Below the pieces are notes generated by a model that saw only the letters and a list, made by a program, of their open reading frames with translations, was not told the origin of the DNA and made no database searches. Source: Octopus vulgaris (taxonomy: Eukaryota). Taken from it: 64,000 nucleotides of DNA. This document shows, one piece after another, positions 26,281-40,057 of the stretch (its first letter is position 1; the number at the start of each line of letters is the position of its first letter). The DNA is taken from contig OX597831.1 of the NCBI GenBank assembly GCA_951406725.2, positions 1,984,001 to 2,048,000 on the forward strand, given 5' to 3'. Both the position numbers and the translations under genes were made by a program.

Positions 26281-26726
26281 ACCACCAGAAGGATCAGTCT
26301 TCACACTTCTGCAAAAGGATATGGGTAAAACATACAAAACATGTGACAGCACAGTAATATAAATGTTACAATGTATTGAGTGTCCTATAACCTGTGTCGC
26401 CCCTGAAGAGTTATTTATCTTAGATATTAGGTAGTTTGTTATTAGCTGAGTTAGTTCCTATAAAACATGTGACACTACCATAATATAAATTTGATTCCAT
26501 CCTGGTTATTTCCACCCTCTCTTTTATAATGTGAGTAGCCATGCATGTTCTGTTTCCTTTCTTATACTTTAATGCCTCATTTCCTGCCACCCTCCTAACT
26601 TTAGGCCCCTTCAGTCAAAGGGGTAGCTTGGTCTTGCAAGTTGGTGGCAAGAAAGGAACACTCAATGCACTTTGTTGGGCAGTTGGTTTTATGAAGGACA
26701 TCTAGCCATAGAAACTATGCCAAAAG

Positions 26727-26870
26727 AGAGGTCAACTTTGCCTTTCATCCTTTCAGGGTCGATAAATTAAGTACCAGTTATGCACTGGGGTCGATCTAAT
26801 CAACTTAATCCCATTGTCTGTCCTTGTTTGCCCCCTCTATGTTTAGCCCCTTGTGGGCAATAAAGAAATA
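26727..26870 (+). mobile_element. SINE family B (truncated) inserted in family C
   Basis: 17-bp TSD agaaactatgccaaaag. Confidence 0.9.
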
Positions 26871-29311
26871 AGAAACTATGCCAAAAGCGGGCATTGAAGC
26901 ATGATGCAGTCTTTGGAACATTTAGATCTTGTCAGTCTATCCATTCCATGCTATGCCAACATAGAACATAGACACGATGATGATGATATTGTGGTGTCGT
27001 ATAACCCCATTCGGTCCAAAGTGTCACCACTAAAGAGTTCATCATCATTAATATATTCAGTTTGTGAACAATTTGGCTAATTGGTTGAGTTGCTGGAGCA
27101 TTAGAGAGAATGCCTTGAAATGTCTGTTCCTGTTGTTTGTAAGTTTAATTCCACCAAGGTCAACTTCATCTTTCATCTTTTTGGGGTTTGATAATATACC
27201 AGTCCAAGGTGATGAATTGGTGGAATTATTAAAGTGTCAAACAGGATAATTTGGGGCTATCTGTTCTAGTTCTTTGCATTCTGAGTTCAAATTCCACCCC
27301 CTGTTGCCTGAAAAATGGGTCACTTGAGATCTGGCACAAAAAAAAAAGGATTGTGACAGACTCTGGAAGTCTTTAAGCAAGTGCATTAAATATTTTTAGC
27401 TTTATAATTCTCAACGGCAGCACATCTGCTGGCAAGGGAGAAAGAAAGGGACCTTTTAAGTCCTGTGCAATTTCTCTCTTCCCTTTCTATCTCATTTTTT
27501 TCTCTCTCTCTCTGAAAGATAGATAATGCTAAAGAAGTTTTGCTAGTTGAAAAACGTGTGAGGAAGAAGTTTTGCTGGTTCGTAAAGGTAGATAGACCGA
27601 GAGGGAGTGAAAGAAGTGTGAAAAAGATAGATTTTACTGATTCAGATAAATAGATAAAGAGAGATCTTGAAGCTTCACAATTCACTGGATCTTTACTGCA
27701 ATGGCAAAATTACTACATCACAGATTAGAGATTATTTTCTGTTTCACAACAGGGGGAGAGAGACATATCAGAAAAAGATATTTTATTGGCTAGAGCTGTT
27801 GTCTGTTTGAGAAAGAGACAGAGGAGAGATAGTGATATGTATATTTATATATATATATATATATGAAATATATGTTTATATATTTCTGGCTCAACAACAG
27901 AGCAATGTCTATTTTTGTCAGCAATAACCCAGAAAGCATAATGAGCAATTCTTCGAAAACCTTCATGTGAGGCGAGAATACACAAAGGAAAATGGAGGAA
28001 TGTTTTTATGTCTGCTAAAACACACTTAGTTTATTCAAATAGATTTTCAATAGTAGGTGGATTTTGGTTAATAGATTCCATCTTCGCAAAAACAAAAAAC
28101 AAAACAAAACAAAACAAAAAAACACTGCATTTTATACATACACACGCATATGTATTTATTTATATATATATATATACTTCATTTCAAGAACTGTTTATAA
28201 ACCAGAGGGGAAGAAAAGATATAGAGTCAGATTAACGTGTTATTTAGAGCTGAAAAGTAGATCGAAGGTTGTAGAAATACCACCAGATGTGAAGGTCATT
28301 TCTGAAAAATTACTAAATATGTTACTAACAGTCAGTACTAAAAGAAATGGGTGATGTACTGGAATATAAATCAGTTCACCAATACTACTGTAATATACCT
28401 CATCAGTACCATTGTATGCTGCTACCTTCTTTCCATGACCCACCCAACCACTTATATTCAACTACCACACACCAGTGAAGAAACCTATAGGTAGTTTGCT
28501 CATCCTGCTAGAAATAACAGCTGGATTCCCCTCATTAATCTCTTCCATATTTTTATTTATGTTCTTCCAATTCGTCTGGGTTGTCATTTAGTATCCCTCA
28601 GAGGTAAAGGAGCCAACATCTTTCCATTCTTCATCATTCTGCTGTTTAGCCCCTAGTTAGCTCTGATCCAGTTGATCTTTCTAACAGCCAGAATACTTCT
28701 GTCAAGGGCAGAGACTGCAGTTATTAGCTTTGAAGACATAATTATAGACCAATGTTACATAAATCCTATAATTAATGGTACATTTGTTAATGTGCTGAAG
28801 ACGATTATATGTTATTGTGGATTGTAGAAGAAACCCATGTCAGAAAACCATTAATATTTCTCTCCAAGATGGTGAACTAGCAGAATTGTTTGCATGTCAG
28901 ACAAAATGCATAGTAGCATCTCTTCCTACTCATTCTGTTCTGAGTTCAAATTCCACTGAGGTTGACCTTGTTTTTTTTTTTTTCCACTGGGACCAGTAAA
29001 ATAAGGTATCACGTACCGGTGCTGATGTAATTGACTCCCACCTCCCTTCAAAATTTCTGGCCATGTGCCAAAATTAGAATCTCTTGTATTTCTAAAAAAT
29101 GATTAGATTTTAACTGGGAGTGCTAATCCTCATATTTCCTGGTTACACCCAAATAGTTCATCTAATCTGAGAAAGACTCAATCAAGTCAATGAGGTAATT
29201 TCTATGTGATCACTCAACCTGCTAGAAATAGTAGCAAAATCTCCCTCAAAATACACCCTATGTTTTGAAAAAACAAAAGCAATGCATATTGGCGATTGTA
29301 GTCCTAGAGAC

Positions 29312-29575
29312 ATCATCACCATCATCGTTTAACGTCCGCTTTCCATGCTAGCATGGGTTGGACGATTTGACTGAGGTCTGGCGAACCAGATGGCTGCACC
29401 AGACTCCAATCTGATTTGGCAGAGTTTCTACAGCTGGATGCCCTTCCTAACACCAACCACTCCGAGAGTGTAGTGGGTGCTTTTACGTGTCACTGGCACA
29501 AGGGCCAGTCAGGCGGTACTGGCAATGGCCATGCTCAAATGGTGCTTTTTATGTGCCACCTGCACAGGAGCTAGT
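29312..29575 (-). mobile_element. SINE family C
   Basis: Close match to consensus. Confidence 0.85.
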
Positions 29576-30394
29576 CCAGACTCTATGTATGAAAAGATAC
29601 ACAGCATAACCACAGTTCATTGATGGAAACAAAAGAATAAAAGAATGACTGGAACATCTTTGAACAAGTGTCTTCTGCCATTGCCCTTGGATGGAATACA
29701 GGTAACTGACACTGTGGGAGCCTGTAGTAGGCATGCATGCTTGTGTGTGTTGTGAGACCTTAGATATGCATAGAGAATCTTGCTTCAGTCTGGGTTGGCA
29801 GAGCAGTGTTGTGGTTGCAGAGGCCCCCATGTTAGACTATGGCTGTCTGTGTTGTGTTTGCCTGAGCAACATTGTATAAAAGATCAGCAGTTGCCCTCAC
29901 AAGAGATCTCCCTCTTCTGTCCCATTCATGATATACAAAGGTAGAAGAACACCTGATACAGCTTGGTAGTAATGTTGTTGCAGGAGTTTCCACAATAAAC
30001 ATGAAGACATCATAAAATTTCCCTAGAGACTGTAGCTCCAGATTTCTCCCCAGGGTTTAGTTTGACCCCTTTCCCATGATTGGATATGGCCACAGGGCTG
30101 TAGTGTTTTGAAATCAGTGTTTCCTTTCTCTTATAACAAGTTCTATCTGCTTGAAGCAACAGTTTTATGACAGCAAGATACCTATTTTTGCCCTTTCTCA
30201 CATCAGTATAAACAGTTCCACCAGACTTTGTACATATGTATATATATATATGTGTGTGTTTGTATGTGTGCATGTCCCGCAGCATGGTATCTTGGGCAAG
30301 TGGCTTCTACTATAGCCTCCAGTCAAACAAAAAAAAAAAACCTGAGGATATTTGGTAAATGGAAACTGAAAGAAGCTCAGTGTGTGTGTGTACA

Positions 30395-30740
30395 CATCAT
30401 CAGCATCATCATCGTTTAACGTCTGTTTTCCATGCTGGCATGGATTGGACAGTTTGATTGAGGTCTGGAGAGCCAGCGTCTGCACCAGACTCCAATCTGA
30501 TTTGGCAATGTTTCTACAGCTTGATGCCTTTCCTAATGCCAACCACTCTGAGAGTGTAGTGGGTGCTTTTTACGTGCCACCGGCACAGGAGCCGGTTGGG
30601 CAGGCCTGGCATCAATCATGTTTAGATATTGCTTTTTATATGCTATCGGCACTGGGCCAGTCAGTGGGTACTGGCATCAGTCACATTTAGATGGTGTTTT
30701 TTAATGTGCCACTGGCATAGGGGCCAGTCAAGGGGTACTA
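30395..30740 (-). mobile_element. SINE family C
   Basis: Close match to consensus. Confidence 0.85.
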
Positions 30741-31021
30741 GCATATATATATATTTATATATATATATATATTATGTATGTATCTATCTGTGTGTTTGTA
30801 TTTACCTACCACACAGCTTGATGCTGGTGTTGGTTTGTTTATATCCCTGTAACTTAGCACTTCAGTAAAAGAGGGCAGTAGAATAAGTACCAGACTTAGA
30901 AAAGAAAAATAAGTACTGGGGTTGATTTGTATGACAAAAATCTTTCAAGGTGGTACCCCAGCATGGCCACAGTCTTGTGAATGAAAGAAGTAAAAGATAA
31001 AGATATATGTGTATATATCTG

Positions 31022-31250
31022 AAGGCGGCGAGCTGGCAGATACAGCATGCCGGGCGAAATGCGTTGCCGTATTTCGTCTGCCGTTACGTTCCGAGTTCAA
31101 ATTCCGCCGAGGTCGACTTTGCCTTTCATCCTTCCGGGGTCGATAAATTAAGTACCAGTTACGCACTGGGGTCGATGTAATCGACTTAATCCGTTTGTCT
31201 GTCCTTGTTTGTCCTCTCTGTGTTTAGCCCCTTGTGGATAGTAAAGAAAT
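31022..31250 (+). mobile_element. SINE family B, full length
   Basis: aggcggcgagctggcaga A box, gagttcaaattcc B box, gtcgactttgcctttcatcc core. Confidence 0.9.
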
Positions 31251-32262
31251 ATATATGTGTATACACACATACATACATGCATATATGTATATATATATAT
31301 ATATATATAAAACATTGATGAGTGCTGTAAAGATCAGGAAAATAGAAAATGAAAAAATAATTGGTAGAATTGGTTACAAGCAATAATATCCAAACGTAAA
31401 AAGTAACTCTTTAGAACTTTCAAGTTTGTCTTGTTTTTCTCTTTCCTTTTTTTTTTTTCCATAAAAGCCTAAGTATTTGAAGTGTCAAGAATTATTAAAT
31501 GGTTGAGGTGGGGTCAAGTAATTTGGATGTCAGCTCAAATAAACTACAGCATAGAAAGAAGTGGGATATTTTACTGGACTTCTTTTCATGTTTCTTCCTT
31601 TGACATTTCATGTTTATATCAAGCCTTTGTTAACAGGGGTTTGCATATCTCTGAAACACACTCACAGATACTTACAAACACTCCAAAAGTGAGCGAGAAT
31701 CTAGTTTGGCAAGTTGCCAATCTACATTAGCCTAGATTATATATATCTTCAGGGAGGAGTTCAGTTCCTGTTGTATGAATGTATAAATAACACAGTTCTG
31801 TTTACTTTACTTTCTTCTTCATAGAGGTAAAAATAACTGCCATGTTTTAGCACAGTGATGGTAAACATCATTTCCTTTGTCATTTATCCATCAATTTAAA
31901 GTATGTCATCATCATTCATCCCTTTTACTTCAATGCAAAAAAAAAAAAAAAAGAAGTTGGTGTAGTGATACAAGAGAAAGGATGATGGTGCAGCTTTGCA
32001 ATTAAAGTCTGGAATGACAGAATTAATACTTGGCTGCGTGGTTAAGAAGCTTACTTTGCAGACACATGGTTTTAGATTCAGCCCCACTGTACAGAATCTT
32101 GGGCAGATGTCTTCTACAGTCTCGGATCAACCAAATACCTTGTGAGGGAATTTGGTGGATGGAAACTGTGAGGAAACGTGCATGTGTGTGTCTGTGTGTG
32201 TGAGTGTATCATCATCATCATCATCGTTTAATGTCTGGTCTCCGTACTGCCATAAGTTGGAC

Positions 32263-32463
32263 CAGTGCTTTTCAAACTTTTTGCTGGAGCGGAACCCCAA
32301 GGAAACATTCCACTCGCTCGAGGAACCCCTGTGCAATAATTTAATAGTCTTATGCACACATAATCGCACAGGAGAATTAAAAATTACTGCTGATTTTAGC
32401 AGTTTTGTAACTTCTTGCGGAACCCCTGGACTGTACTGGCGGAACCCTAGTTGAAAACCACTG
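32263..32463. mobile_element. hAT MITE inserted in SINE C
   Basis: TIRs CAGTGCTTTTCAA / TTGAAAACCACTG; 8-bp TSD AGTTGGAC/AGTTAGAC. Confidence 0.9.
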
Positions 32464-32736
32464 AGTTAGACAGTTTGACATGGTGCCAGCTAGCAAGGAG
32501 CTGTCTGGACTCCAACTGTCTGTTGTGGCATGGACAGTTGATGTCCTACTAGCCAGCTCCACATATATATATGTGTGTGTGTGTGTGTGTATAAAGAAGG
32601 AGAGATTTTGTGTATATGTGTGTTATGTTTTATCCCCTGCCGCTGCTTCACAACCAGTATTGGTAAGGTGGTACAAAGGTATGGTTTTACAAAACTTCTC
32701 TGCATCATGATCTGAAATGTAAGTTTTTTTTTTTCT

Positions 32737-32860
32737 ACCCTGATGATGGAGGCTCGATTTATTCAATGTTTATTTGCTTCCATTACTGGCTGCATATTTT
32801 GGTGAACTACATCTACCAACATTATGATGGTTCTCCGAGCCCCCAGATACAGCTGTTGGA
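32737..32860 (+). ncRNA. Type-I hammerhead with ~80-nt stem II loop
   Basis: cc-CTGATGA-TGGAGGCTCG...CGAGCCCCCA-GATA-CAGCTG-TT-gg; 9/10-bp stem II, palindromic stem III, A14>T lesion. Confidence 0.6.
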
Positions 32861-32941
32861 CTTGTAACACTTAACCTCCTCCTCTTTAATTTTCTCTGTC
32901 GTTTGTACTCTCTGTGTAAGTTAGATCTATTAATATATAAA

Positions 32942-33357
32942 TCTATATATATAAAGCTGAAGTTGTCTGTCTGTGTGTGTGTGTGTGTGTGTGGCAGGTT
33001 TGGTAGCCTTCAACCAACACTATCTCCTCCAAGACCCTATGGCGCAAGTTGACCAAAATTAAGAGTATGATAGAAGAAGGCTTGCTCTTCATTCCGTAAA
33101 AGAAAAAAATTCAAATCAAACCATGTTAAGACCAAAAATTATTTACGTCAAAGAGGTGCTTTTTTTTCTATGAAAATCCTTATTTTTTATGATTTTTTGA
33201 CTGCTGTGTCGCCATTTTTTTATGTATTTCAACCAGAAAAATGTTCACTTAAAGAGAATAACAAGCTATATATAGCAAAATTTTTACATTTCAAAAATTC
33301 CAATTCTAAAGGGTTGAAAAGAAAGCAAACCCGAGCAATGCCGGGCAATACTGCTAG
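32942..33357 (+). mobile_element. Non-autonomous Helitron
   Basis: A|TC...cccgagcaatgccggg...CTAG|T; homologous to 12786-13177. Confidence 0.85.
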
Positions 33358-33801
33358 TATCTATATATTTATACTTAAATATTCCTTGTCTGAAAATCTT
33401 CAGTCTTTGCTTTCTTACTATTTACATATATACATATAAATATTTTGTATATCTAACCCAAGCTGTAATGTTTAATTTGTTTATCCACATAATTGTGCCC
33501 CACCTCTCTCTCTCCATACATACATACATACATGATAATGATAGTGACATCCACGCATATATTTCCTTTATAAATACTTGAAACCAGCCTCTGATCTACG
33601 ATATTTCGTGTTTTCATCTGTACGTAGCTGAGTCACTCAAAATATAAGCAGCGCAGGAAATTCTTTTTAATAAAATTCTTTCTTTTGCATTGAAAGATGT
33701 TGTGTCTCTGTTTGTCCCCCACCACTACTTGACAGCCTGTGTTGGTTGGTTTATGCTCTCATAACCTAGCAGTTCAGCACAAGAGACTGATAAAATAAGT
33801 A

Positions 33802-34210
33802 TACTCTTTACTCTTTTACTTGTTTCAGTCATTTGACTGCGGCCATGCTGGAGCACCGCCTTTAATCGAGCAACTCTACCCCGGGACTTATTCTTTGTAA
33901 GCCCCGTACTTATTCTATTGGTCTCTTTTGCCGAACCGCTAAGTTACGGGGACATAAACACACCACCATCGGTTGTCAAGTGATGTTGGATGGGACAAAC
34001 ACAGACACACAAACATACACGCATACATACATATATACATATATACGACGGGCTTCTTTCAGTTTCCGTCTACCAGATCCACTCACAAAGCTTTGGTCGG
34101 CCCGAGGTTATAGTAGAAGACACTTGTCCAAGGTGCCACACAGTGGGACTGAACCCGGAACCATGTGGTTGGTAAACAAGCTACTTACCACACAGCCACT
34201 CCTGCACCTA
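33802..34210 (-). mobile_element. SINE family A, full length
   Basis: Consensus match. Confidence 0.9.
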
Positions 34211-34942
34211 TCAAGCTTCAAAAAAAATAAATAAATACTGGGTTCAACTTGTTCAACTAAAATTCTTTAAGATGGTGCCCCAGCATGGCTGTGTGGTTGA
34301 AAAGTTTTGCTTCCTAACCACATAGTTTCATGTTCAATCTCACTGTGTGGTACTTTTGGAAAATGTATCTTCTACAATAGCCTCAGATTGACCAAAGCCT
34401 TGTGAGTGTATTTGATGGTCAGGAAATTGAAAGAAGCCTATAATCATCATCCTTTAACATCTGTTTTCCGTGGTGGTATGGGTTGGACAGCTTGACAGAA
34501 GCTGGTAAGCCAGAGGACCACACCCAGCTCCACTTTGTTTTGGCATGGATTTTATAGCTGGATGCCCTTCCTAATGCCAACCACTTTACAGGTTGAGCTT
34601 GATGCTTCTCATGTGGCACCAGGACTGGTGAAATCTGTGTGTGAAATTTTTTTTTAGATATATATTTATGCATATATATCTGTGTGTGTGTGCATGACTG
34701 CCTGTTTCTGTTACCTCATCTTAATACCATGTGATAGTTGTCACCATCATGCAGGCAGTATTTTCTTTTCCAACCTTTTTGGAAATGGATGAGGGTTGAC
34801 AACAGGGCATCTGGCCATGGAGAGTCCGCCTCAAAGAATTCTGTTTAATGCATACAAACATGGAATAGTGGACAAAAACAGTGCTAATGATAATGATGTG
34901 TAGGGATATATGTGTATGTATACATATGTCTGCATATATATA

Positions 34943-34976
<34 letters not shown>

Positions 34977-35769
34977 CATGCATGCATGCATGTATATTTT
35001 TACTTTTTACTTGTTTCTGTCATTAGACTGCAGCCATGCTGGGGCACCGCCTTGAAGAACCTTTTGGTCAAATGAACTGACCCCAGGACATTTTTTTTAA
35101 GCTTGATACTTATCTGAACCACTAAGTTATGGGGACGTAAGCACACCAACATCAGTTTTCAAGCAGAGAGGTGGGCTGGCAAAAGCACACATATATGATG
35201 GGCTTCTTTCAGTTTCTATTTACCAAATCTACTTGAAAAGCTTTGGTCAGCCCAAAGCTATAGTAGAAGACACTCACTCATGGTGCCACATAGTGGGACT
35301 GAACTCAGAACCATGTAGTTGTGTCATTCAATTTTATAACACTTTATAAATTACACCAGAATGCCTGGTATGATATTGGGCAGTTTTCATATCACGTTAC
35401 TCTATGTAAGACAGCAGGTTGTTACTTGAGGGAGATTTTGCTGCTATTTCTAAACAGGTTCAACAACTACTTTTTCATGGCTTGTTGGTCAGTTTCGTAG
35501 GCTGAACAGTCTCAGAGGCAAACTAACTAAAAAGGCAAAGATAATTTTAGACTCACTATTTTTATAGCATAGAGTTTCTTTTCTGCTTCACTCCTACATC
35601 ACAAAATTGAGGGATTGTATAATTGGTGTTGGTTGTGGTAGTGACGTTAATTATTTATTAATTAGTTGTTTATTGAGTGGTATATTACAGTAAGTCGTGT
35701 AAATATTTTGTAGTTTTAGCAGCGAATGTGTTATTCTGCAGGCTGGCCACAGAAATGTGGTGATATTGT

Positions 35770-36135
35770 TGCGGTTCAGAAGCTCACTTGGCAACCATGC
35801 AGTTTTAGGTTCAGTGTCACTGTGTGGCACCTTGAGCAAGTATCTTCTCCTATAGTCCCTGGCCAACTAAATCAGTGTGAATGACTTTGATAGCCACAAA
35901 CTGTATAGAAACCCATCAAATGTGTGTGTGCGTCTTCGTATATGTGTTTGTCCCCTTACTGGTTGACAACCAGTGTTGGTTTGTTTACATACTTGTAACT
36001 TCGTAGTGGTTCAGCAAAAGAGACTGATAAAATAAGTGCCTGGCTTAAAATATAAATACTGGAGTTATTTTGTTTGACTAAATTCTTCAAGGTGTTGCTC
36101 CAGCATGGCTGCAGTCCAGTGACTCAAAAGATAAA
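35770..36135 (+). mobile_element. SINE family A, older copy
   Basis: Degenerate consensus match. Confidence 0.75.
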
Positions 36136-36346
36136 ATAGTAATGGCATTTGTTGTTGTTTAGACCCTGGTCAGTTTTAAATCTTACCAGGACTCTGGTCA
36201 TAAGCATTCCAGCCATGTACTTTAATGTATCTAGGACTACAGTTTAGATATGACGTTCCTTTTATTTTTTTTTAAAGCTATGAGATAGGGTGTAATTTGA
36301 GAGATATTTGGCTGCTATTTCCAGTATGCTAAGGAGCCACATAGAG

Positions 36347-36926
36347 CAGTGCTACTCAGAGTGGTGGTCCACAGACCGGCACCAGTCCGCGAGCCATCAG
36401 CTGCCGGTCCATGGCAAGTTTCCAGAAAAGAAAGAAACATTATAAAATGCTTATGTAATATTGTATTATTTGTTTACAGAATAAATGTAAGATGAAAAAA
36501 ATTGTCAACTTTTATTATATCTTAATATATAAAAGTTGTGTGTCTGTCTCCTACGATTTAGATTCCTAACTACTCCCACATTTTGCAGTGCAGTTTAACC
36601 AAAAGCGGGTATCTTATAGTCGTGATTCATATCGAGCCCTTCTGGGTATTAGCGTGCGTCTACGATGAGTCTACGATTAAAAAAAAATTTACTATCATTT
36701 TTTCCCATTTTTAATGCATTTTTTTGCTATTATATAAGGGAAGTAACTCTAAAAATGCTTATATAGTTATTTCCCTTACAAATCCGAGCAACGCCAGGTG
36801 ATACTGCTAGTTCATTATATATATCGTTTCCGGTATAAATTAATATTACTAAGAAATATTTCCGGTCCCTGGCACATTGGGAAAAAAACTGCTGATACAC
36901 CACATCAGATCATTTGAGAAGCACTG
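36347..36926. mobile_element. hAT MITE containing a nested Helitron
   Basis: TIRs CAGTGCTACTCA / TGAGAAGCACTG. Confidence 0.8.
36520..36810 (+). mobile_element. Non-autonomous Helitron (second family)
   Basis: A|TC...ccgagcaacgccagg...CTAG|T. Confidence 0.85.
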
Positions 36927-36983
36927 ACAGAGCATCTTTCTTGTTAGATATGTTGTGGAGATGTCAGTATTTGTAGTGAAAAA

Positions 36984-37365
36984 CTAGCAGCATTGCCCGG
37001 GTATGTAAGAGCCCCTAGTAGGCAACGACTAATCCCAATCTAGTTCTTTCCCTCTAGGGAACAAAGGCGCATGTGTAGGTTGCAATGTCTTCTCTTCACT
37101 CGAATACTTCTATGTATACGATGTTCCTAGGTGTCTTCCGACAGAAAATGTGTTGCATATAAAAAGCTTAGATTCCCGACCCCATGTCGAATTTATTGAT
37201 TCTTTTCAGAAATGGGGGAACTTTTCAAAATTTTCGCTGCGTTAGTTTTGAATTATGACATTGGGCTATGTGTGTGTCAAGTTTCATCAGAATCGGTTGA
37301 AAGCCGTGGTCAGGGTGAGGGTACAACCTGACAGCCACACACACTGCCGTTTATATATAGAGAGA
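36984..37365 (-). mobile_element. Non-autonomous Helitron (third family)
   Basis: a|ctagcagcattgcccgg...tgtcaagtttcatcagaatcggtt...tatatatagagaga|t. Confidence 0.75.
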
Positions 37366-37959
37366 TAACAAGTTGGATTTGGATTATTTAGTTGAGGTTT
37401 TTTTTTTCTCTCTGAGTTCAAATCCCAACAAGGTCAACTTTGCCTTCTATTCTCTCAGGATCGATAAAATAAAGTGCCAATGAAATTGTGGGGACCATTG
37501 TAAATTGCTGGCCTCCTGCCAAAATTTTGAAACGGTTATTGTTAAGGCAGTGAGCTGGCAGAATTGTTAGAGTCGTTAGTGTTTTACTCGCGATCATGAG
37601 GTCATCGGTTCAATAACTGGACGGGGTAACTTATTGAACAAAGTATTTCATTTCATGCTGTTCCAGTCAGTTCAACCAAAATGAATAACAACCGTGTCCT
37701 GCTGCAGCATCTTTCCCTCTATCACATCCTATATGTCCCACTGAGTAAAAGATAGGAGGGTCACGATTACACAGGCACGTAAAAGAATTAGCGAAAGCAT
37801 GGTACATGCTATCGATACTAGAATCTGGGAAATTTATTGCTAGTTATAGTCTACTTTGGCAAGATGATAGTTTGTATCATAAGAGAAGGTTTCGGGTGCA
37901 GCCCTTTGCAGAAACAAAAGAGGGATGTGTGAAAAATATGCATTTAGTTTATATATAGA

Positions 37960-38356
37960 CTAGCAGTATCGCCCGGCGTTGCTCGGGTTTGTAAGGGAAA
38001 TAACTATATAAGCATTTTTAGAGATGTAAAGTATAATAGCCATCTCAATATGGCTAACCACAAAGGGGTGGGGTGTTACTGTAGCTTTTTACGTTCTGAG
38101 ATTTAATAATGCATTTTTAGAGAGTTACTTCCCTTATATAATAGCAAAAAAATGCATTAAAAATGGGAAAAAATTATGGTAATATTTTTTTTTAATCGTA
38201 GACTCATCGTAGACGCGCGCTAATACCCAGAAGGGCTCGATATGAATCACGACTATAAGATACCCGGTTTTGGTTAAACTGCACCGCAAAATGTGGGAGT
38301 AGTTAGGAATCTAAATCGTAGGAGACAGACACACAACTTGACTTTTATATATAAAG

Positions 38357-38357
<1 letters not shown>
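37960..38357 (-). mobile_element. Non-autonomous Helitron, inverted relative of 36520-36810
   Basis: ctagcagtatcgcccggcgttgctcggg...tatatataaaga. Confidence 0.85.
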
Positions 38358-38390
<33 letters not shown>

Positions 38391-38465
38391 TTATCTCAGG
38401 GAAATAACTCTTGCACTGTCAGCGACAATGGATCTCCGTCGGTTTTGACTATATGTATTCAGTCC

Positions 38466-38992
38466 GGCATACCTAAACAAGGTTGCCATCCTCATCTCCA
38501 ATTTTGTTACTTCATTGTTTTCGGAATAATGCATGTCTTTCCAATAAAATTTTCTAAAAATATTCTTTCAGAGAATGTAGATTCCGATTGTATTGGAATA
38601 TGTTGTAAAAAAAATAATAATTCGGTGTTGGGGGCGAAAGGAGTTTCGGATAATTCACAGAAGTAGACTTTGTTTCCTCATAACTTTCAGAGAAATGGGT
38701 ATTTTTGTTTATGAAATTTTCTACAAATCATTCGAGTTGGTGTAGACTACGGTTATATCGGAAATTAATGTGAAGAAATGGTACATCGCTCACACATTTT
38801 GGGGGAAAAAATTGTCGTGTATCAGTGTACATCCTCTTTTCTTTTTTTTTTTTTTCACATTAAGTTTTGACAGTGGTAATCTATGCGATCTGAAGGATAT
38901 TTGTAGAAAATTTCATTAAAAAAAGTATCTGTTTTCCTGAAACTTATGAGGTAACAAAGTCAGGGATGCGGACTCACCTGTGTAGACATGCC
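38466..38992. mobile_element. Foldback/MITE-like element
   Basis: 38666-38750 is an inverted copy of 38875-38961; outer GGCAT.../...ATGCC ends. Confidence 0.55.
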
Positions 38993-39739
38993 TTCAGTTC
39001 GATCAGTTTGAAATACCTGCTCGCTGAATTAATTATCATTTAAATGGCTGTGTATTCCACAAACGTACGCGTGAGTTAGCGTGACGCAGTGTGTGACAGA
39101 GCTGTACTATTGATGTACAAGTACAGTTTATCCACCGAAAACGGCTTGAGATAACCTGAGGCAATGTTAAGAGACCCTTATCTTTTTAAATCCGTCTTTT
39201 TGGTCACTCAACTCAGATTGAACAGTAATTGTATCATGTAATTTGTGATATTAATTTTAAATCTCGGGGAGATAACTCTGACACTGTCGGTGACAAATTT
39301 TGCTCTTAGTCCTTTTAGTATATCTCTGTTGTCTCCCTTACCTTGTTCGTTCTTTATCAGGCAGCTGCTAATATTAATCTCATCTTGATATCGGATTAAG
39401 TTAGTAATGTCAACAATGTCAAAACTCCAGCGACTCATACATCCACAATTTCTTCTTCTTCATCCAGAAGATTTTATGCCTTTACGAACTACCCACATGC
39501 ATGTCCCCACCAGACACAAAATAACACGACACACGTTATCCCCCGCCAAAAGTACTAAACATTTCTTTCATTCGTAAATTCATTCCCCACTTTATGGTTT
39601 CCTTGCACAAATGTCCAGACGTAAACATAAACCATATTGATCTTACCAGAATAGGGGTCAGGGATTTCAAAGGGTCAGGGGCATTGATCCTCCTTTGATG
39701 TATTAAAACAAACAGCAACATTTTATTATATTAATAGTG

Positions 39740-39995
39740 AAATTGCCAACACTATACCATCTATAATACCAACACTGTACTGTCTAAAGTGTCGACACTA
39801 TTATCTGATGTTCCAACACTGTACCATTTAAATTGCCAATACTGTTTGTATAATTGCTAATATCGTTTTGACTAAATTGCCGACATATTGCTACCTAATT
39901 CGGTAGTACTGTACCATCGAATTGCCAGCCGTATACAGTTTAAATTGTCAATTCTGTACAGTCTAAATTACTAGCACTGTACAGTCTAAATTGGC
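39740..39995. repeat. Degenerate ~25-bp minisatellite
   Basis: aaattgccaacactgtaccatcta-like units. Confidence 0.7.
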
Positions 39996-40057
39996 ATCTT
40001 TATTGTTAGTACAGGATATCCAGGATCACATAATTCAATACTTCCTTTTCTAAAACA

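Noticed and set aside
26392-26476. Additional hammerhead (CTGAAGA...AAAACATGTGACAC)
   Set aside because: G12 is missing and stem II cannot be defined.
28240-28461. Protein-like ORFs on both strands, and a CTGATGAG on the minus strand
   Set aside because: No recognisable homology, weak splice context and no downstream stem II/GAAA.
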